Part shown: piece by piece, positions 12,591-24,900 of the stretch
Layout of the letters: every line of letters starts with the position of its first letter
How positions within the stretch are numbered: position 1 is the first letter of the stretch
DNA from: Catajapyx aquilonaris
Taxonomy: Eukaryota
Assembly: GCA_000934665.2 (NCBI GenBank)
Contig: JYFJ02003387.1
Span: forward strand, 1-42,605
Direction: 5' to 3'
Length of the DNA stretch: 42,605 nucleotides
The notes under the pieces: generated by a model
What the model was told of the DNA's origin: nothing
The model's input: only the letters and a program-made list of their open reading frames with translations
The model's database searches: none
Translations under genes and position numbers: made by a program

Positions 12591-12765
12591 ATGCGTCCAG
12601 TACCGCACAAAGAGATTCGCCGGTACCTGAGGGCTGAAGCCTCCATCCAGCATGTAGTGAACCAGAATAGAGGCAGTGGGGGTTACTGGAGCGATAATAA
12701 GCAGCAGATCGATGAGCGCGCTTGTCATGCATGCCACAAAGATGGCGGCCAGTGCCATTCACTAG
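12591..12765 (+). CDS. EML: Candidate alternative EML first coding exon 1a (MRPVPHKEIRRYLRAEASIQ...CHSL)
   Basis: accATG, 58 open codons, then AG|GTTGGG donor in phase 1, compatible with exon 2; the donor is only moderate. Confidence 0.45.
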
Positions 12766-12814
12766 GTTGGGTCACTCGCTGCGGGTGTTCGCTTTGACAT
12801 GAAGAAACAGCGAT

Positions 12815-12938
12815 ATGGGGAGTGAGGGCGAGGGAGAGAACGAGGGCGAGGGCGAGGCCAGTGTCGGTGGGGCAAGGTCAAGAGGGACCGGCATGGAATC
12901 TCCGGGTGACACCATCAGCGTGGTCATCAATGCATGGA
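12815..12938 (+). CDS. EML: EML first coding exon 1b (MGSEGEGE...SVVINAW)
   Basis: ATG at 12815, open frame to a perfect GTAAGT donor at 12939; phase 1 joins exon 2 as ...NAW-N-DMIENE. Confidence 0.75.
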
Positions 12939-15900
12939 GTAAGTGTCCAGTTCTGGTCGCTCGCAGCGACACGATTGTGTTGATTGTGCGGGAAATTCAT
13001 TGATTGTTATCCAGTATTTGGTGTGCATGACGGGTACGAATTATGCAGGAGTCAGGGGGTCGTGTGGGTGAGGGAATCGATACATTAATTAGCATAAAAG
13101 CTGGGCATTTTCATTGGAAAGTATGGAGGGAATTATATTCTTACATGAGGGGCGTTATCATGGATTGATAATGATTCCTGATATTTAATCGCTCCTTGTA
13201 TCTATCTGACGATTGTATACTAAGTTTATTATTTCCCCCGTCTTTTACAGTAGGCTACGGTTTAACGACAGATATATACCTTTCTAACCTGCGAAACCAA
13301 AATTTAGGTGGGGTTTTTTCTGTGATATTGATTCTTTTCCGGAACGAATCAGTGCAGCCAGGTTCACACAGGTAACCCCGTGTTTTCGCAACCTAAATTC
13401 GCAAAAGAATGCAGGATAGTCCAGGCTGATCGCGCCCTTTTTCCGGACTATTGCGTGGTATATCCTTGCGCAATGGAACAGAAATGTTTTTTGATACACC
13501 TATTAATAATTTGATTGCTTTGTGGCCTGCCTGTAATAAGCTGTCACTTTGCTATAATACTACAAAAAATAAATGCTTCAGAGATATTCGACATGCGATA
13601 TCGGAGGAATTCCATACATATTGTATGGTTTTTTGCGTCGCGTCGCTCCATAATATGCCTGTTATATAATTGCTCTTAATTTTGCTGTATTTCTCTCCGT
13701 AATCGCAAGGTATTTATTAAATATTTATTAAAGGTATTAAATTGTAGATGGTGCGTATGATTTCATTGCAGATGACATGATCGAAAATGAAAATGAGTCC
13801 CTTCGAGAACGAGTGGCTGACTTGGAGAAGAAGGTGTTGGAGCAAACCGATGAGATAGTATGCCTTCGATCTACACTAGCCGATGTGCTGCGGAGACTGG
13901 CTCAGTTGGAGAACCCCAAGGATTGTGTTCGCTTAAGGACAGGTACAGGAGTAGGACCGGCAGAGCGCCGTGTCTCCTCCTACATACCACGAACTTCTGC
14001 GAGACGTCGCTCTGCTCACTATCAGTCCACCAGCTCCCTTCATTCGGCTGATAGTGTTAGCTCTTCGCCTGCTCCTTCACCTTCGCCTACACATCAACCT
14101 CGCCAAAATGCAGCTCCTCCACCGTCCATCAACCTATCCAAACGTTGGAACTCAACTTCCGACTTTCTCCTGCCATCACCTAATGGAACTGCGTCTTCTT
14201 TGGCTAGCAGGTATATATGTTGCAAACGCATTTCTCCCCACTTTTGTCCTACTTTCCAGTATCGTTGCCTGTGCATTTCCTGCCCTTTTGCATGCTCAAG
14301 CCGGTTGCAAGTGCTTTCCATTGTCATACTCTAGTGCGATTAATATTGTTGGAATGTTGACCCCTCACATTATACTGCAACAGTTGCATCACTTTGGCCG
14401 GAAAGTGCTGTATAATGTCGAATGTGTGTTGTAAGTTATACAGTATGGAGGGACCAGGCGTAGGTTGTTCCTTCGTTTCATTAGGTCGAATTTATGTAGG
14501 TGATGACTACGTCCGTCCCCCGGAAATGGTTATTATTGGAAGCCCAGCGTGACATAATTTCCACTTGATAACGTGGTTGCTAGTTGTTGACACAACTTCG
14601 CGGATTGATAAGGTTTGTCAGCGTTCGAAACACTGTGGCGCTAATCAGTGCCATGTTATTCAAAGTCGTACTCACGATGTTTGTAAAATAATATAGACTC
14701 CTCACAGTCTCCGCGTCCCGAACAAATCGCGGTTGAATACCTCTTCTTTGTTACTTAGAACTCGCGTATAACCACGCGCGGCATTGCCTGCGGCATTTTG
14801 TACCGAAAACGATCGAAAAGGTACAAATTCGTTCTTGACATGACAGGAACCAGTTGAAGTGAAAAATGCCCACTGTGTAGAATTGCTTTCTTTCACGATG
14901 TCAGTTTTGAAAATAATTGTTACGAATATAATTTTGAGAAACGCCGCGCCGTATCAAAGATACTTCTGATTGAACATGAGAGCCGGATACTTTACTGGGC
15001 CACTGAATTCATGTGACATTTGAGGTTATGTACCCCGAAGAACAGTGGCTCCCCCGCGACTTATTTTACAGTGACACCTATCTGTAACGGACCCTGGATA
15101 CAGCGGAAACATGACCTATTTTGATATCACACCAGTGTTACAGAATGCTTCCTATAGATACCGTGTGTTTCAGTATTAGTTCACATCCGCATCGGCTTGG
15201 TATCGGTGAGTCTCGCGGAGTCGCCTGCGTCATGTTGGTACTCCTGTGCCCGCCAAATATGAGCCCACCAGGAAAACCGAAAATCACGTTCCTTTTCCAC
15301 CTCCCATTTCTCCCCCAGACGCCCACCTAGGACTTTGTAGACACACGCGACATTTCTGCCGATACGGAAGTGGGCTGAGTTTTGTTACACACGGTATAAT
15401 ATCAGTACTGGTTTTTCCAGAAAATTTCGTAATGAAGTGACGAATGAGCAGGAGTTGGGAATTTACCTTGTTGTTCAAATAACATGGGGGGGGGGGGGGG
15501 CTGTAATAAATNAATAAATATTGTGTGAACTTTTGTGTTCGTAATGTAGACCCTAACTGCATAACCGTTATTGATTGGTTTTGAAAATTGCATGCAGTGT
15601 GAAATTTTAAAAGCATGCACATAATACATGTCACTAGTGAAACACGAATATGTTGCCATGCACTGCATGATTTGTGTTTTCTTCGAGTGTGAAGGAGTGT
15701 TACGGTAATTATTTTGTGATGTTGCCTTTTTATTTTCTAGACGCCTTGCCACCAAGTCATTATTTAATCTGCATGTGAAGCCTCATCAGAGCCTCTTACA
15801 AAGGCATGGGTATGCTTTTTTTTGTGTATTCTTTTCCTTTCTACATGTGACTGTCAGTATATTGTATCTTGCCTTGATAATGCTCTGTTACCTGCGCAGT

Positions 15901-18900
15901 TACCCGAAATTCCTATCCCTACCCGGACGTCGAAATAAGACCGATTTGTCAGGAATATATTTAAAATGGCGGCAACTTTCGAATCATCGTAGCCTACGTC
16001 GAGTTCGATTCAGCGAAATACGTACTTGCAAATTAGCACAGAATTGTACAGTACGTAAATGGTTGCAGTCTTACAAGCAAAGTACGATTTTTCCACGCTA
16101 TGTCATACAGCATTCCTTCTCGAAGCAAAGGCCTTCATATCTTCCTGCTGGTAAAAGTCCATGGTTCCGCTGGAGCCACCTTGTAACCTCTTCATACTTT
16201 CACTAATTCCGATATCTCCCTCCGGTATGTGACTCCGATTCGATCGAGTGATGTTGCACAATGTTCCGACAATAATACATGCCTTTCGTACATGGAAGGC
16301 CAAGTATATGTAGGGTCAATAGGAAGCAGAATTTTTTTTAAATTACTATTCACCTGTACCATTTTGACTTGAGTTGGTATGCCACTTGTTCTTAAGTGGG
16401 TTAACTGCGACTTCCGCCGATTCAATGTCTAGTAATCTGACAGTTTCGGCCTTTATTAGCGAAAGGATAGTCACTTCATGCGAACATCGATAGGATTATG
16501 TAGTCCTGTTAGCCATGACTGTATGAAGCACACCACCACGTGAGGAGCACCTCAGTATAGTTAGGTTGGCAATGCTTTCACCGTGAACGTGACTACACAT
16601 CGTATTAGGGCACGTTCACTTTTATCAGGTTTCGGAGCCTGCGTATACAGAGTCGGTAAAACATTTCATAAAACCAATGATTGTGCCTGGTTATGGCATC
16701 GAAAATGTAGCGGTTATATTGTGTATGCAGGAGCAGGTTCCAGATGATGCGTTATATCGTAACTGTCAGTTAGGATAAGTGATGATACCCTTGTTACGAT
16801 ATGTAGCCCTCATGTGGAAGTATATATGGCATGGAACACGCAAGTACATGTCACAGACCTGCCAATCTCTGATAAGATAATGATAATAATTAGGAAAACG
16901 TACAGTGAATTAAAATAGGCTGGGAGATTAAAATAACAATATATTCACAGAATTGTCCAAATCGTCAGATAGAGGTGAGGCATGGGTTCTCGCCAGGTAT
17001 TTTATGTACAACTAACGAGAGGCATATCATTTAGTCTCACTCATGTGACTTTCGTCTGGGAAAAACCCCGCGGGCAAGACATGTACAAACTGGGATAGTT
17101 GGCAGCCCGGCTGTCATGCTAGGTGCTTGGACTGACCTTGTAAAGCAAGGAAGCTGAAAATTGATAACACTACCCGCGTTTATAAGCTGGTATCCTGTCA
17201 CCCCCTGTGCATTTGCTCATTTGTGTACTGCACTGGGAGGTGTGCTGTATTCGAGCTGATTCGAGCCATGGAACGGTAAGTGCTGGATCAGTTTGATGCC
17301 TTGCTGTGTATAATCGAGACAGGTGGCCGGTAGAGTCATGGTCAAGGTCAAGCCACGTACGAAACAGGAGCGTGGCTCATGTGTGCGGTACGGTACAGGT
17401 CTGATGAAGTTGAGCTGGTGAAACTTGCTGAAAGTTTTCGGATAAGTTGACACATCCTCAAAACGTGTCAGATAGTATGGCGGGTGATTTTGATGGGTTT
17501 TTGGGTGTTGCAAGTTGCAACAGTGTCATAAATGCGTAGGAGGGACGGAGGGTTGTCAGGGAAAGGCGAACCTCATTCTTGAGTCATACCAGCGCAAATT
17601 ATATCAGCGCAAGAATTACAGTATGACGTCGCCGCGCCGGGCTGACCGCGGCAACTTTGGCCATGTTGTAGATGCCGCCACTTATTGGACTAAAACATTG
17701 GATTTTTACCGAGACGCGACGGATATGAAGTAATTTATGAAACACGCGGGATATTCAAACTGGGGCTAAACAATTGAAACCTGTAGACTCTGGAGTCTCG
17801 ATTATTCGGACATGCATACGATATGTTGCGTGCCTTGGGGTCGAATTTTCGTCCCACTGCTAACTTGCAGTACCAGTGCATGTTACACTACTACAATGGT
17901 AGACTACTGCTCAGTTAGCAGTAAGTAACAGTGGGACGAAAATTCCACCCCATGTCTTTACCACTAATTACGGGATTAATAGAAGCTAATCACTCACAAG
18001 GTAATAAAGTAATAATTACGAGGCGCAATCGTGATGGGTATTTTCGAGCTTCACACCTGCAGGTGTATTGTTTTTTAGTGAGTCAATTTTAGTTTTCGCT
18101 GTAAGCTGATTCATAAACGTGATTTTAAATGCAGGGCATTTCCTGTAACATACTGTATGCTTTTTGTTACTTCTGATATCCAGATTGTCGATTACCAGGA
18201 CCAAATCTAGGTCCATTAGTACCATTACAAAGGGTTTCATATCTTACAGTGAACTAGGGCATAAGTCATAATGTTGACTTCAGTAATGAAGTTGTTTGCA
18301 TCAACTATTTCGAGTATGTTCAAGGCAAGATACCTATGAGTGTACTGACTGACTGGTCAGTTTGAAAAATGTATGGTAATGTTATACATGTGACAAACTG
18401 CTTACGTCGGCAAATTGTTACTGTTGCATCATGGGTACTTTGAACACCCTCTGCTCACATAAATTAATTTAGCAATGTGATGAGGTGCTGATTCCATTGC
18501 TTGCATGGGGGTTAATATTTGCTAAAAGGGTATCAGTACGGAAAAGGAAGTTGTTATTTTCCGAACATGATTAATTTTCTGCATTCTCTTACTATGCAAT
18601 GTAATGTCACGACATTTCATCGTAAGCTTTACAAGATGATAATTTTTCATGTCATTACTGTTACCACAGATGAAAATTTTTTAAAAGTGTTACAACTTAA
18701 CTTTCGTATTATACTAATATTATAGGCACACTTCCTGGACCTTCAAAATATCAGAATAAAATTACCATCTGGGCTGGAGGTGGAATGACCCATCATTCCA
18801 CTTCAAGTCAGGGAACGTGGTGGCTCGACCAACTCCGATTTTCATGAAAAAATCCATACATGTATACATATGGGAGACATTGCAAAATCCGAAGTTTCAG

Positions 18901-21900
18901 CTCCGTAGGACAACATAGCGCCTAAGATATGGCCGATTCAAAAACGGCGATTTTTGAGTTGCAGAGTACTGCAATTAATTTTCTATCTCCGTAAATAACA
19001 TTCGCCACCTAATGAATGTATATATTTTCTTGAAGGTAACCTGACCATAGAATACAGGGAAATAATTCATTTACTTACATGTATCAACAAACTACCAGAC
19101 ACTGATATATTAGCCAAATCTGCACTTTCAACCACACTTGCGTGAATTTATTCCGTCTCTCTGGTTTGTTGATAGATGTGAATGAATTATTTCCCTGTAT
19201 TCTATGGTCCATTACCTTCAAGAAAATGTGGATAGTGTTATACAATAATGGGTCAACCCACAAAAATGTCAAAATTGAGCTACCCCCAGGAACATATACC
19301 TAAAGGATCATACTTCATTCAGTTAAAATCACAGTGTCGAACTCTGCATACTTCTGCCATAAATGACTTAAAATAACACTGAATTAATTTCGCAGGTATG
19401 ACCTTCAAAGCCCTTTTTCTCAAAACTGTTCTCATGTAGGTTGACTCGTTATTGCATAACACCATCATTATATACATTCATTCGGTGGAGAATGTTACTT
19501 ATGGAGATAAAAAAATTAATTGTAGAACTCTGCAATTCAAAAATCGTCATTTTTGAATCGGCCATATTGTCCAACGAAGATGAAACTTCGGATTCTGCAA
19601 TGTCTCCCATATGTATACATGTACGGTTTTTTTTCAAGAAAATCAGAGTTGGTCGAGCCACCACATTCCCTGATTTGAGGTGGAATGACCCATCTGTATA
19701 ATTTAACACTCCTCAAGTGTTAAATAAGTGTACCATGACATTTGCATCAAATTATCAGTTCACAATATTATTATCTTAATGATGGAGACAGAAATTATGC
19801 AGTGTTGGACATATAAGTCCCACATCCCATTTGGCATCACTTAAGTGTAACTCATGTGTAAATGTAATTATTCTATTCAAATAAGTCTTTTGTCAATTTG
19901 AATACATGACCCTTGAATGTCAATAATGATGCAATGGAATGGTAATGACCCATCTGTTGCAATAATGGCAATTCTAGTGTACAGCTTTCTTAAAACTCTT
20001 AATACTTGCAAGTGTGTAAAATTATGAAGATGATAATGTTATTCCCACAGTGAAGGAGTGGGAAGTATGCTTATAACATTTGCATAATAAAAAAGTAATG
20101 CTTCAGCACGTGCAAAAAATTTAAATTGATCGTAACTGTAATAACAGAAAAATTGTTATCTTGGGAAGTTTTTGGTGAAATGTGATGACATTACAGAATA
20201 TTGATACACATCGTGCGACAATGCAGGAAATAAATTGTCGGAAAATATCAACCTTTGTTACCATACTCAATTTGACCCTTCAGCAAATATTTCCCCAAAA
20301 ACTCAATTTATAAATGTACAGTGCAGGGTATAAATGACAAGTAAATACAATGAAAATAAAGAATTGCTTTAAAATAATGGAATTGTTTTGAGGGAGTTTA
20401 GATGCCAATTGTCTGTTCTAACATGAGTGATGCATTCATGTGAAAAACTCAGCAAGTTTATACGAGGTTGGTTTTAAATGTTTTGCCTCCTAGCTGATAA
20501 TTTCAATAATAAGCAAGATAATCACATAAACTGTATGTCTGGTGAAAGCTTGGAATGTCCTCTACCAGTGGGTGTCATTACTTTTCCACGTAGTTACTAT
20601 CCCTGTCCACATGCATGCGCCAACATCGGACCAGTTGTCTCATCCTGTCGGAGAAGAAATCAGGAGTCTTCTCCTAGCACCAGCAATGCACATCTGGTTG
20701 CACCTCCACATAACTGGTATTATGGTGTCCCTTCAGGTGTTCTTTCAGCTTTGTGAAAAGGAAAAAAGTTGCAAGTTAAGAGATCCGGGCTGTATGGCAA
20801 TCCTACACCATGACAATGCTTGTCCACGGATGAGTTGACAAACTCAAGATGCATTGCCACATCAGATGCCATACAGCCAGGATTTCTTAACTTGCAACTT
20901 TTATCCTTTTCACAAAGCTGAAAGAACACCTGAAGGGACACCATTGCACCAGTGATGTGTAGGTGCAACCAGATGTGTATTGCTGGTACCGGTAGAAGAC
21001 TCCTAATTTCTTCTCCGAAGAGATGCGACAACTGGTACAACTTTGGCACGTGCGTGTGGATAGGGATAGTAACTACGTGAAAAAGTGATGACACCCACTG
21101 GTAGAGGACATTCCAAGCTTTCACCAGACATACAGTTTATGTGATTATCTTGCTTTTATTGAAATTATCGGCTAGGAGGCAAAACTTTTCAAACCGACCT
21201 CGTATGTCCACATTGGTCTTACAGGCGAATTTTAAAAGACTTTTTATCTTTTAGCACAAAGGATGCCATGTACAACGCAGAAGAAGGAACTGTCCGCTTC
21301 TTCTTGAGAGGCCGTCCAATCACCATATACGTTCCCTCGGATGTTTTGCCTACATATTCTCTTGACAAGGTAGCCACAGCACCTTCATCCAGGCTGAAAT
21401 TGGAGTGGGTGTATCCTTTACAGAAAATTGTTTTTTTGGAGCCTTTTTCTTATACGGTGACACCTCTGTAGAACAAACCATGAATTAAGCTGTAATTTCC
21501 CCATGAGAAAACTTTAGTTTGGTTCCAGCAAAGGATTTTAAATGTATTTTTGTCACATGTAATGGGAACCTATTCAGTACAGACATAATTTTTGGTATGG
21601 AGGGTCTTTGTTAGGGACAGGATTCACTGCATAACATCTTAGAAATTGAAAGGCAATGATGAAGATGCATCCTTGACTTGAAACCATCAGCTATGGCTAT
21701 CGGGGACGTGATTGTCGTTCTAATTTGCACCTTCTCCCAACTGGAGAAATGGTATATTTTGTTGCAGCAGTGGTAATTCTGTATAATGTGGAAGAACAAA
21801 TGCAGCGTCATTATTTGGGACACACCGATGATGTCAAGTGGTAGGTTTGCTAAATTCTAAATAAGGTTGGACGTTAGTATTTTAAAAGTATTTAGTTTTT

Positions 21901-24900
21901 ATTGTTTTAATTTTAACTATTTAATTTAATGACATATTTGCAGTCATTGTTGTTAAGTGACCCAGGGATTTGCAAATTTGCTTTACAGCCTTGCTGTTCA
22001 CCCGAATAAGCTGGTGATTGCCACTGGTCAATCTGCAGGACATGATCGACGAGAAGGGCGTGTAAGTTCACTCTCTCACATTGCATTAAATGTGACTTGA
22101 TAAGCATGCAGTCCTGAAGTAAAACTGAGGAAATATCTCACGCCTAATTTCACTTTGTGCAATCAGCTGAGATATTTTCACTGTGCTAGTTGCAACATTG
22201 TGGTTCAATGTATTTAAGGTTGTATTTCATGTAATAATTTTAGTGAGGGGATTCCTGATAATATTGAATAAAAAGGTTAAATTCAGAGTTTTTGCCTAAT
22301 CAGATGCCTAACTGAGAAATCTCGATTTGAAAATCTCGAATTTGCTATTTTTCCTAGTCAAATGGCCACAGAAATTATCAATAACTTTTGAGAATTTTTA
22401 ATTTCATTTAAAGTCACCTACAAAAAATTATTGTACAGTACAGTGAAACCTGTAGATAGCTGTATCACTTCACTCCACAAAAATATTCTGGCAAGGTTCT
22501 GCTATATTGGACAGTAGGGGAGACTAGGGCTAGATGGCACACTTTTTACATTTCATTTTTTTCTGAGGCCAGTTAAGACTTATTCACTGTAATTTTTATA
22601 CCGATAAATACTTGAGACATGGAGCATATACGGGATATTTTCACATGTTTGCATTTTATATATGCTAGCCACTAGAAATTATTTAAAAAGTCTCCGCACG
22701 TGTGCCATCATGCCCGGGGCACGATGGCACAGGGCAATACTTTGGCACAGTAATATAAGGCTAAGGTAGGGCTTATGAAATAATATGAAAATCACTTCCA
22801 CACACAGTATCGATTCATATCCATCTCGTAGTTACAAGAGATTACAAAGATGTTACAAGATATTCAGAACTTTTTGCCTGCAGCAGGATAGCATAGCGTG
22901 CCCTCTAGCTAAGGAGCAAGTAGTGAGCAACTGGGAAAAGTGCATGGGCCAGGCCTAATAAGTGACAGGGGAGAGGCACTAGAGGCTACCATGGTCTACC
23001 ATAATCGCCATGGTCGCCTTGGTCTGACAAGGTTGGTAGGGACGTGTGCCAACATGCCCCAAACAAAATGTGCCATCATGCCCCATAAGCATTTTTTTAC
23101 CTTTCTAGTCCTCCTACTCTTGAGTGACAAATATTAAATGGCCATTTATGCTGTCATTTTGTAGACATATATTATGCCTTGCAAATGCATTATTGGGCTC
23201 AGTGAGCACTTCAGTTGGAAGAAAAAATTGAAATTTACTCAAATGGTTAAAAATCTTAAAAAATCCTTACTACTGCCAACAGTCTTTTGCGATTGAATTG
23301 AAAAAATAGGATGTAATGTGGAGCATGTCTATCTGCACCTACCACATAAACATCATGTCCGTGAACCTAATAGCATCTTCAAAAATTTGACTGTGCCATC
23401 GTACCCCTGTAGCCATCGTGCCCCGGTCTCCCCTAGAAAGTTAGGAAACAGAGAAATAGGCAATAACTTGTCAGTATTTATTGTGTGACCTAAAAATACT
23501 GTAGGCCTATGCATGAGGGGCGTTCAGAAAGTTCTGAGTTTACAAGTGAGTGAAAACAAAGTGGTAGGGTACACAAACACTAATATTTTATTTCTCTACA
23601 TAGTCCCCTTCCATTGTGACACACTTTGTCCATCGCTTCTCCAACTTCTCCAGTCCTGTGCGAAAAAAGTCTTTTGGGAATTCCCCCAGTGTGTGCATTG
23701 CTGCGGCAGTAACTTGTTCATTAGAGCCATGGACCCTTCCCAGGTGTTTTTTCATGTTAGGGAATTTTAAAAAATCGGAGGTGGCCAGGTCTGGCAAGTA
23801 GGGTGGATGTGGCAGAAGTTCAAAGGAGCACATCTTCGCTGCAGCCACGGAAACCCAGGCAGTGTGGGCAGGTGCATCTTGTTGCCTTCTGCTCCGGGGT
23901 GAGGTGGCGAGATACCCACCTTGCCGAAACCTTGTGGAGGCGGAGGTGACTATGGAGAATGGTCTCCACCGACGCCACACTGATGCCCTGGACCTCGGCG
24001 ATATAATGCACTGTCTTGCATCACCATGTCCTCCACAGCACTCAACGTTTTCTTCCGTACCCGCAGTCGGTGGGCCCCCGGAGGGGGGGGGTCATCTTCG
24101 AGGCTCTCCTGGCCGCATTTGAAACGGGCAACTCACCTACTGACCGTGGCATGTGATGGACCAGAGTCCCCCAGTATCGCTGACATGTCCTTGTAGATGT
24201 CTGTAGCACTCATCTTCTTCTGTACCAAATACTTGATCACCGCCACTGGTCACGGTGACGACTGACAGCAGATTGATCGGGTCTGGATTTTTCCCTCCCT
24301 ATTATATGCTACCCACCAGGATGATGCAATATTCTGTCATCATTGCAAGAATGCCTCTACCTCATGCACACTCTTTGGTGCCCCATATTACATTCTTGAG
24401 CGGACTTAGTCAGGACTTGTTGAACGCCCCTCGTATGTTTCCATGTTAGACAGGTTCCACTCTTAACTGACAAAATTGCATGAGAATCCCTACTTTGCAG
24501 TTAGGACTGCAAATGTTTCCACAGTAGACAAGTTTCTGCTATATCTCTGATCCATTATAAGTAAGGAACGGATTTTTAGGTTCTAAAAAACCCTCAAATA
24601 GGTAGGCATTTAGGCCCTGAAAATATGCAAAATAGGCTCTTAATAGGCAGTAAAAATCAAGCAGTCCTAATATATTTTCATTTCTACACGCTATTACAGT
24701 CTATCTTGGCCTTGGAAATTTGCAGCACAATAACAAACTAGCAGTTGTTCCATATTTTCATTGGTTAATCAGAGTTATTCAGTGGTGCCTGTCTGACAAT
24801 ACATCTTTACACACTGAAAATGACCTTTCAATGTCAAGAGAAGTAACTGGATCATACTTGAAAAGTGAAACTTCTTCTACAGTTAGTTAATCCGGCATGC

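Larger units (their letters stand above)
22441..24462. mobile_element. Possible small Tigger-like MITE split by two nested insertions
   Basis: TA|CAGTGAAACCTGT at 22441 and ACAGGTTCCACT at 24450-24461; about 185 bp remain after removing the insertions. Confidence 0.4.

Noticed and set aside
14709..14771. Possible extra EML exon after ctcacag (LRVPNKSRLNTSSLLLRTR)
   Set aside because: No phase-2 donor before the stop codon, so it cannot be joined in frame
15486..15512. G15 tract and an ambiguous N
   Set aside because: A homopolymer next to an assembly ambiguity; no function can be inferred
23588..24011. Functional or domesticated mariner transposase
   Set aside because: Frameshifts and an internal deletion remove part of the catalytic domain
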